Below the pieces are notes generated by a model. The model had not been told where the DNA came from. It worked only from the letters and a program-made list of their open reading frames with translations, and made no database searches. From a virus, in UHGV virus genome UHGV-0126338: DNA of 34,728 bases. One strand, 5' to 3'. The position numbers and the translations under genes are program-made. Shown piece after piece: positions 27,841-34,728 of the stretch. How positions within the stretch are numbered: position 1 is the first letter of the stretch; the number at the start of each line of letters is the position of its first letter.

Positions 27841-29013
27841 ATGGCTCAGGATTACCACCACGGGGTGCGCGTTGTTGAAGTCAACGAAGGCACCCGATCT
27901 ATTACCACGGTGAGCACCGCCATCGTGGGTATGGTCTGCACGGGCGATGATGCCGATGCAAAAATGTTTCCTCTTAATAAACCCGTGCTGATCACTGATG
28001 TGCTGACTGCCAGCGGTAAAGCGGGTGAGTCAGGTACTCTGGCCCGTTCGCTGGATGCCATCGCTGACCAGGCAAAACCCGTGACCATTGTTGTGCGTGT
28101 GCCGCAGGGTGAAACGGAAGACGAAACCACGACCAATATCATCGGCGCAGTGACTGCTGAAGGTAAAAAAACAGGTATGAAAGCCCTGTTATCTGCCCAG
28201 TCACAGCTCGGCGTTAAACCGCGCATTCTCGGCGTGCCAGGCCACGACACCAAGGCGGTAGCTACTGAGTTGCTGAGCGTGGCGCAAAGCCTGCGTGGAT
28301 TTGCTTACCTGTCAGCGTATGGCTGCAAGACAGTGCAGGAGGCGATCACTTACCGCGAAAACTTCAGCCAGCGCGAAGGGATGCTGATCTGGCCTGACTT
28401 TACTGGCTGGGACACGGTGCTGAATGCCGAAGCAACGGCATATGCCACCGCCCGTGCGCTTGGTCTGCGCGCCAAAATTGACGAGCAGACCGGATGGCAC
28501 AAAAGCCTGTCCAACGTGGGCGTGAACGGTGTCACCGGAATTTCTGCAGATGTGTTCTGGGATCTGCAGGACCCGGCAACCGATGCAGGTCTGCTGAACC
28601 AGAACGACGTCACCACGCTTGTGCGTAAAGACGGTTTCCGCTTCTGGGGTTCCCGCTGCCTGAGTGATGACCCGCTCTTTGCCTTCGAAAACTACACCCG
28701 CACGGCGCAGGTGCTGATGGACACGATGGCAGAAGCACACATGTGGGCGGTGGATAAACCGCTTAACCCGTCGCTGGCCCGCGACATTATCGAAGGTATC
28801 CGCGCCAAAATGCGCAGCCTGGTCAGTCAGGGCTATCTCATTGGTGGTGATTGCTGGCTGGATGAGTCGGTGAACGACAAAGACACGCTGAAAGCCGGAA
28901 AACTCACCATCGACTACGACTACACGCCAGTGCCGCCACTTGAAAACCTGATGCTGCGTCAGCGCATCACCGATCAGTACCTGGTGAATTTCGCCAGCCA
29001 GGTCAGCGCGTAA
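27841..29013 (+). CDS. FI: Tail sheath protein (P2 gpFI-like)
   Basis: 390 aa, RBS AGGAGG, followed by tube gene. Confidence 0.9.
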   Translation: MAQDYHHGVRVVEVNEGTRSITTVSTAIVGMVCTGDDADAKMFPLNKPVLITDVLTASGKAGESGTLARSLDAIADQAKPVTIVVRVPQGETEDETTTNIIGAVTAEGKKTGMKALLSAQSQLGVKPRILGVPGHDTKAVATELLSVAQSLRGFAYLSAYGCKTVQEAITYRENFSQREGMLIWPDFTGWDTVLNAEATAYATARALGLRAKIDEQTGWHKSLSNVGVNGVTGISADVFWDLQDPATDAGLLNQNDVTTLVRKDGFRFWGSRCLSDDPLFAFENYTRTAQVLMDTMAEAHMWAVDKPLNPSLARDIIEGIRAKMRSLVSQGYLIGGDCWLDESVNDKDTLKAGKLTIDYDYTPVPPLENLMLRQRITDQYLVNFASQVSA

Positions 29014-29022
29014 GGGGACAAC

Positions 29023-29538
29023 ATGGCTTTACCACGCAAATTAAAACACCTGAACCTGTTTAACGACGGGAACAACTGGCAGGGGATCGTTGAGTCGCTG
29101 ACGCTGCCGAAATTTACCCGCAAATATGAGAAGTATCGCGGCGGCGGAATGCCGGGTGCGGTGGATGTGGATCTGGGGCTTGATGACAGTGCGCTGGACA
29201 CAGAATTTTCCATTGGTGGTACTGAATTGCTGCTGTTTAAACAGATGGGTAAAGCCACGGTGGATGGCATCCAGCTGCGCTTTACCGGCTCTATTCAGCG
29301 TGACGATACCGGGGAAGTGCAGGCCGTGGAGCTTGTCGTGCGTGGACGTCACAAAGAAGTGGATTCCGGCGAGTGGAAGACGGGCGAAAGCAACACCACC
29401 AAAGTGACCAGTACCAACAGCTACGCGAAGCTGACCATCAATGGTGAGGTGCTCTATGAAGTGGACCTTATCAACATGGTGGAAATTGTGGACGGTGTGG
29501 ACCTGATGGAAGCGCACCGCAACGCCCTCGGCCTCTGA
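29023..29538 (+). CDS. FII: Tail tube protein (P2 gpFII-like)
   Basis: 171 aa after sheath gene. Confidence 0.9.
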   Translation: MALPRKLKHLNLFNDGNNWQGIVESLTLPKFTRKYEKYRGGGMPGAVDVDLGLDDSALDTEFSIGGTELLLFKQMGKATVDGIQLRFTGSIQRDDTGEVQAVELVVRGRHKEVDSGEWKTGESNTTKVTSTNSYAKLTINGEVLYEVDLINMVEIVDGVDLMEAHRNALGL

Positions 29539-29592
29539 TATATCTGAACGGCGCGGGATACCGCGCCAGAACCCAATTGACAGGACAGCAAA

Positions 29593-29895
29593 ATGAGCGA
29601 TAAGCAGACTGAAAAGACCATTCAACTGGATACCCCCATCAAGCGCGGTAAAACAGAAATCACCGAAATTGTGCTGCGTAAACCGCAGTCCGGTGCGCTG
29701 CGCGGTACACGCCTGCAGGCCATTATGGATATGGATGTGAACGCGATGATGACCGTGATCCCCCGCATCTCCAGTCCGGCACTGACTGCACAGGAAATTG
29801 CAGAGATGGACCCGGCAGATCTCACTGCCATGTCGGTTGAGGTTGTCACTTTTTTGTTGAAGAAGTCGGTGCTTGCCGGTTTACCGACAGCCTGA
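29593..29895 (+). CDS. E: Tail assembly chaperone E (P2 gpE-like)
   Basis: 100 aa upstream of tape-measure gene; contains slippery heptamer TTTTTTG at 29850..29856. Confidence 0.8.
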   Translation: MSDKQTEKTIQLDTPIKRGKTEITEIVLRKPQSGALRGTRLQAIMDMDVNAMMTVIPRISSPALTAQEIAEMDPADLTAMSVEVVTFLLKKSVLAGLPTA

Positions 29896-30029
29896 CGGTT
29901 GACGATCTGGTGGCAGATATCGCCACCATTTTTCACTGGCCGCCATCCGTTACTGACGTTATGCCGCTGACCGAAGTGCTGGAATGGCGGTATAAAGCGA
30001 TTCAGAGAAGCGGGGCCAACGATGAGTGA
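29593..30029 (+). CDS. E+E' -1 programmed frameshift product (frame 0 29593..29855, -1 frame to stop at 30027..30029)
   Basis: T6G slippery site 29850..29856 near the end of E; the -1 frame is open for 58 codons (VEEVGACRFTDSLTVDDLVADIATIFHWPP...RSGANDE) and ends overlapping the T start codon. Confidence 0.6.
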
Positions 30030-33000
30030 TAACAACCTGCGTCTGCGGGTCATTCTTAATGCGGTTGACAAGCTCACCCGCCCATTTCGATCTGCGCAGG
30101 CCAGTTCAAGAGAACTGGCTGCTGCTGTCAAAAAATCCCGCGATGCAATAAAGCAGCTTGATCAGGCCGGGAGCAGTCTGGACAGCTTCCGAAAGCTGCA
30201 GGCAGAAAATCAGAAATTAGGCGACAGGCTGAACTATGCCCGCCAGCGTGCAAATTTGCTCAGTCAGGAACTGGGAGCGATGGGGCCGCCTTCGCAACGT
30301 CAGGTTGTTGCTCTGGGCCGTCAACGGCTGGCTGTTCAGCGCCTGGAAGAACGCCAGAAAAAGCTGCAGCAGCAGACGGCGCTTGTGCGTGCTGAACTGT
30401 ACCGGGCGGGAATTTCTGCGAAAGACGATGCGGGAGCAACTGCCCGTTTAGCCCGTGAAACATCACGTTATAACCAGGAACTTTCGAAACAGGAGGCGCG
30501 GCTGAAGCGACTGGGGGAAGCTCAGCGCAGGATGAATGCAGCGCGTGCCAGTTATGCCCGTTCGCTGGAGGTGCGTGATCGTATTGCAGGTGCCGGAGCC
30601 ACCACCACGGCTGCAGGGCTGGCAATGGGTGCGCCAGTGATGGCGGCAGTAAAAAGCTATACCAGCATGGAAGATGCCATGAAAGGTGTGGCAAAGCAGG
30701 TCAATGGTCTGCGTGACGATAATGGCAACCGCACTGCACGTTTTTATGAAATGCAGGATGCCATCAAGGCTGCCAGCGAACAGTTGCCGATGGAAAACGG
30801 TGCGGTGGACTTCGCTGCACTGGTTGAAGGTGGTGCGCGCATGAACGTCGCAAACCCTGACGACAGCTGGGAAGATCAGAAACGTGACCTGCTGGCCTTC
30901 GCCAGTACGGCAGCAAAGGCGGCAACAGCCTTTGAGCTGCCAGCGGATGAACTGTCAGAAAGTCTGGGGAAAATCGCCCAGCTCTACAAAATCCCCACCC
31001 GCAATATTGAACAGCTCGGTGATGCGCTGAACTATCTGGATGATAACGCCATGTCGAAAGGGGCAGACATCATTGATGTGATGCAACGTCTGGGCGGTGT
31101 GGCTGACCGTCTGGATTATCGTAAAGCGGCGGCGCTGGGTTCCACCTTCCTGACACTGGGCGCTGCGCCAGAGGTTGCAGCCAGTGCAGCAAACGCGATG
31201 GTGCGTGAATTGTCCATTGCCACCATGCAAAGCAAGAGTTTCTTTGAAGGGATGAATCTGCTGAAACTCAATCCTGAAGTGATTGAAAAGCAGATGACGA
31301 AGGATGCGATGGGAACCATCCAGCGCGTGCTGGAGAAGGTAAACGCGCTGCCGCAGGACAAGCGCCTGTCTGCCATGACTATGTTGTTTGGTAAAGAGTT
31401 TGGCGATGACGCGGCGAAACTGGCAAACAACCTGCCGGAACTGCAGCGTCAGTTAAAACTGACAGCGGGCAATGATGCGCTCGGCTCCATGCAGAAAGAA
31501 TCCGACATTAACAAGGATTCACTTTCTGCGCAGTGGTTGCTGGTCAAAACCGGAGCGCAGAACACCTTCAGCAGCCTGGGCGAAACGCTGCGCCAGCCGC
31601 TGATGGATATTCTGTACACGGTGAAAAGCGTCACGGGGGCGTTGCGTCGCTGGGTGGAAGCTAACCCGGAACTGACAGGCACACTGATGAAAGCATCGGC
31701 TGTTGTGGCTGCGGTTACCGTCGGCCTCGGCACCTTAGCGGTGGCGCTGGCTGCAGTGCTGGGGCCGCTGGCAGTGATCCGTCTGGGATTCTCTGTGTTG
31801 GGTATCAAAACGTTATCTTCCGTTACGGCAGCAGTAACTCGAACCAGCAGCGCGTTGTCCTGGCTGGCTGGCGCACCACTGGCACTGCTGCGACGCGGGC
31901 TTGCTTCATCGGGCAACGCCGCAGGTTTACTTACTGCGCCGTTGTCGTCTTTGCGCCGCACGGCATCACTGACGGGAAATGTCCTGAAAACTGTAGCAGG
32001 TGCGCCGGTTGCACTTTTGCGGTCTGGATTATCCGGTTTACGTGCTGTTGCTGTGATGTTTATGAATCCTCTGGCGGTACTGCGCGGTGGACTGGCCGCC
32101 GCAGGCACGGTGCTGCGAGTACTGGCATCTGGTCCACTGGCGATGCTGCGCGTTGCCCTGTATGCCATATCTGGTCTGTTAGGTGCTCTGCTCAGTCCGA
32201 TAGGTCTTGTGGTTACTGCACTGGCGGGCGTGGCGCTGGTTGTCTGGAAATACTGGCAACCCATCACCGCATTTCTCGGTGGCGTGGTGGAAGGATTCAA
32301 AGCGGCGGCAGGTCCCATCAGTGCAGCGTTCGAACCGCTTAAGCCCGTGTTCCAGTGGATTGGCGACAAAGTGCAGGCGCTGTGGGGCTGGTTTACTGAT
32401 CTGCTGACGCCCGTTAAGTCGACCTCTGCCGAACTGCAGAGCGCAGCGGCAATGGGGCGGCGATTCGGGGAGGCACTGGCGGAAGGGCTGAATATGGTCA
32501 TGCATCCGCTGGACTCCCTGAAATCCGGCGTTTCCTGGTTGCTGGAGAAGCTCGGCATTGTCAGTAAAGAGGCCGCAAAGGCAAAACTGCCGGAAAGCGT
32601 GACGCGTCAGCAACCTGCGACGGTGAATGCAGACGGTAAAGTGATGATGCCATCGGGTGGTTTTCCATCATGGGGATATGGCTTTGCGGGGATGTATGAC
32701 AGCGGCGGGTATATCCCGCGCGGGCAGTTTGGCATCGTCGGTGAAAACGGGCCGGAAATTGTTAACGGCCCGGCAAATGTGACCAGCCGGAGAAATACAG
32801 CTGCACTGGCTGCCGTTGTTGCCGGAATGATGGGCGTTGCTGCCGCGCCAGCAGAGCTTCCACCGTTGCACCCTTTGGCACTTCCCGCGAAAGGTGGAGA
32901 AGCAATTGTGAGTCGCGCAGCCACTGTGCCGCTCGTTCAACGGATTGAGGCACCGACGCAGATCATCATTCAGACGCAGCCAGGACAAAGTGCGCAGGAT

Positions 33001-33099
33001 ATTGCGCGGGAGGTGGCACGCCAGCTTGATGAACGTGAACGCAGGCTGAAGGCAAAAGCTAGGAGTAACTACAGCGATCAGGGGGGATACGACGCATGA
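30022..33099 (+). CDS. T: Tail tape measure protein (P2 gpT-like)
   Basis: 1025 aa, coiled-coil-rich N-terminus, internal degenerate Ala/Leu-rich repeats, largest tail gene. Confidence 0.9.
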   Translation: MSDNNLRLRVILNAVDKLTRPFRSAQASSRELAAAVKKSRDAIKQLDQAGSSLDSFRKLQAENQKLGDRLNYARQRANLLSQELGAMGPPSQRQVVALGRQRLAVQRLEERQKKLQQQTALVRAELYRAGISAKDDAGATARLARETSRYNQELSKQEARLKRLGEAQRRMNAARASYARSLEVRDRIAGAGATTTAAGLAMGAPVMAAVKSYTSMEDAMKGVAKQVNGLRDDNGNRTARFYEMQDAIKAASEQLPMENGAVDFAALVEGGARMNVANPDDSWEDQKRDLLAFASTAAKAATAFELPADELSESLGKIAQLYKIPTRNIEQLGDALNYLDDNAMSKGADIIDVMQRLGGVADRLDYRKAAALGSTFLTLGAAPEVAASAANAMVRELSIATMQSKSFFEGMNLLKLNPEVIEKQMTKDAMGTIQRVLEKVNALPQDKRLSAMTMLFGKEFGDDAAKLANNLPELQRQLKLTAGNDALGSMQKESDINKDSLSAQWLLVKTGAQNTFSSLGETLRQPLMDILYTVKSVTGALRRWVEANPELTGTLMKASAVVAAVTVGLGTLAVALAAVLGPLAVIRLGFSVLGIKTLSSVTAAVTRTSSALSWLAGAPLALLRRGLASSGNAAGLLTAPLSSLRRTASLTGNVLKTVAGAPVALLRSGLSGLRAVAVMFMNPLAVLRGGLAAAGTVLRVLASGPLAMLRVALYAISGLLGALLSPIGLVVTALAGVALVVWKYWQPITAFLGGVVEGFKAAAGPISAAFEPLKPVFQWIGDKVQALWGWFTDLLTPVKSTSAELQSAAAMGRRFGEALAEGLNMVMHPLDSLKSGVSWLLEKLGIVSKEAAKAKLPESVTRQQPATVNADGKVMMPSGGFPSWGYGFAGMYDSGGYIPRGQFGIVGENGPEIVNGPANVTSRRNTAALAAVVAGMMGVAAAPAELPPLHPLALPAKGGEAIVSRAATVPLVQRIEAPTQIIIQTQPGQSAQDIAREVARQLDERERRLKAKARSNYSDQGGYDA

Positions 33100-33581
33100 T
33101 GATGGTGCTGGGATTGTACGTGTTTATGCTGCGCACCGTTCCGTATCAGGAACTGCAGTATCAACGCAGCTGGCGACATGCGGCAAACAGTCGGGTAAAC
33201 CGACGTCCGTCTACGCAGTTTCTGGGACCGGAAAACGACATGCTGACGCTTTCCGGTGTTCTTATGCCGGAAATAACAGGCGGCAGGCTGTCGTTGCTGG
33301 CACTGGAGCAGATGGCAGAACAGGGGAAAGCATGGCCCCTGATTGAAGGCAGCGGCACGATTTACGGCATGTATGTGATTGAGGGACTGAATCAGACTAA
33401 AACGGAGTTTTTCCGCGATGGTATGCCGCGCCGGATTGAGTTCACCCTGTCGCTCAAACGGGTGGATGAATCCCTGTCCGATATGTTCGGTGATCTCAGT
33501 GCGCAGCTGAATAATTTGCAGGATACGACAACGTCTGCCTTAAGCGATATCAGTAAAACGGTGGGAGGGCTGCTGTCGTGA
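33096..33581 (+). CDS. U: Tail protein U (P2 gpU-like)
   Basis: 161 aa overlapping T stop. Confidence 0.85.
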   Translation: MMMVLGLYVFMLRTVPYQELQYQRSWRHAANSRVNRRPSTQFLGPENDMLTLSGVLMPEITGGRLSLLALEQMAEQGKAWPLIEGSGTIYGMYVIEGLNQTKTEFFRDGMPRRIEFTLSLKRVDESLSDMFGDLSAQLNNLQDTTTSALSDISKTVGGLLS

Positions 33582-34678
33582 ATTTCAGCTCTGAACTGCT
33601 TAACAAAGGCAACAAAACTCCGGCATTCAGCATCAGTATTGAGGGTAAGGATATCACCACTGTGCTGGATAACCGCCTGATGAGTCTGACGCTGACGGAC
33701 AATCGGGGCTTTGAAGCGGACCAGCTTGATCTGGAGCTGGACGACGCCGACGGAAAAATCGTGCTGCCGCGCCGTGGTGCGGTCATTACGCTGGCGTTGG
33801 GCTGGAAGGGGCAGTCGCTTTTCCCGAAAGGAGCATTCACGGTGGACGAGATTGAACACACTGGCGCACCGGACCGCCTGACTATCCGGGCGCGAAGTGC
33901 TGATTTTCGTGAAACCCTGAATATCCGCCGTGAAAAATCGTGGCACAAGACCACCGTTGGGGAAGTGGTGAAGGAAATAGCTGTGCGGCACAAACTGAAG
34001 ATGGCATTGGGTGAAGACCTGTCGGATAAACCTGTGGAGCATATAGACCAGACCAATGAGAGTGACGGCAGTTTTCTGATGCGGCTGGCGCGCCAGTACG
34101 GTGCTATTGCGTCGGTGAAAAATGGCAATCTGTTATTCATCCGGCAGGGACAGGGTAAAAGCGCCAGCGGTAAACCACTACCGGTTATCACTATCACACG
34201 TAAGGACGGCGACAGTCACCGCTTTACCCTGGCAGATCGCGGAGCCTACACGGGCGTAATTGCCAGCTGGTTGCATACCCGCGAACCCGCGAAGAAAGAA
34301 AGCACCACGGTGAAGCGTAAGCGCAGGACTAAGAAGCAGAAGAAAGAGCCGGAAGCGAAGCAGGGCGATTACCTGGTGGGTACAGATGAAAACGTGCTGG
34401 TACTTAATCGCACCTATGCCAACCGGAGCAACGCCGAACGGGCGGCGAAAATGCAGTGGGAACGCCTGCAACGTGGCGTTGCGTCATTCTCGCTACAACT
34501 GGCAGAAGGTCGGGCGGATCTCTACACGGAAATGCCAGTGAAAGTCAGAGGCTTTAAACAGCCGATAGATGATGCGGAATGGACTATTACCACCCTGACG
34601 CATACTGTCAATCCGGATAACGGTTTTACGACCAGTCTGGAGCTTGAAGTGAAGATTAATGATTTCGAAATGGAATGA
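33578..34678 (+). CDS. D: Tail protein D (P2 gpD-like)
   Basis: 366 aa, last tail gene in window. Confidence 0.85.
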   Translation: MNFSSELLNKGNKTPAFSISIEGKDITTVLDNRLMSLTLTDNRGFEADQLDLELDDADGKIVLPRRGAVITLALGWKGQSLFPKGAFTVDEIEHTGAPDRLTIRARSADFRETLNIRREKSWHKTTVGEVVKEIAVRHKLKMALGEDLSDKPVEHIDQTNESDGSFLMRLARQYGAIASVKNGNLLFIRQGQGKSASGKPLPVITITRKDGDSHRFTLADRGAYTGVIASWLHTREPAKKESTTVKRKRRTKKQKKEPEAKQGDYLVGTDENVLVLNRTYANRSNAERAAKMQWERLQRGVASFSLQLAEGRADLYTEMPVKVRGFKQPIDDAEWTITTLTHTVNPDNGFTTSLELEVKINDFEME

Positions 34679-34728
34679 TTCTTCGTAATAGAGAACTTTT
34701 AAGTTTTCAAAATGGAATAATGCGGTAT

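Larger units (their letters stand above)
587..34728. mobile_element. P2/186-family prophage (left junction within ~587..690; right end beyond the window)
   Basis: Contiguous set of integrase, immunity, replication, packaging, head, lysis and tail genes in canonical P2 order; host gene only at 50..586. Confidence 0.85.

Noticed and set aside
31449-32613. 369-aa and 144-aa minus-strand ORFs within the tape-measure gene
   Set aside because: Low-complexity Ala/Ser/Pro-rich translations antisense to a confidently assigned 1025-aa gene; typical of GC-rich repeats.
33392-34197. Minus-strand ORFs of ~215 aa overlapping U and D
   Set aside because: Antisense to conserved tail genes, with no start context.

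Overview
Almost the whole window (from ~587 to the end) is a P2/186-family temperate myovirus prophage; only the first ~590 bp is host DNA, carrying a TetR-family regulator that I recall as rcdA/ybjK. All similarity calls are from memory of protein families and from motifs read directly in the sequence; no database search was run. Left to right: a lysogeny module (P2-type integrase, 186-type CI repressor, Apl/Cox-like, CII), small early genes, a Dam methyltransferase translationally coupled to the replication endonuclease A, a LexA-box-controlled small ORF plus DinI-like gene, a probable cos site, then the late genes Q, P, O, N, M, L, X, lysis cassette, R, S, V, W, J, I, H, G, FI, FII, E/E', T, U, D. 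Three AT-rich cargo insertions interrupt this backbone. The most interesting is a 383-aa protein (9771..10922) between cos and the portal gene, with an N-terminal HEPN-like R-x4-H motif and a C-terminal domain I cannot place: a candidate single-gene anti-phage or abortive-infection factor. The second is an OLD-family ABC-ATPase/Toprim nuclease (19728..21524) wedged antisense between tail genes S and V. The third is a small secreted Cys-containing peptide between cI and int. Other sequence-supported features are a Gin/Pin-type invertible tail-fibre segment (25141..27077) with its recombination sites, the T6G slippery site for the E/E' frameshift, three TGT-N12-ACA late-promoter dyads, and an amber-interrupted secreted-protein pseudogene.
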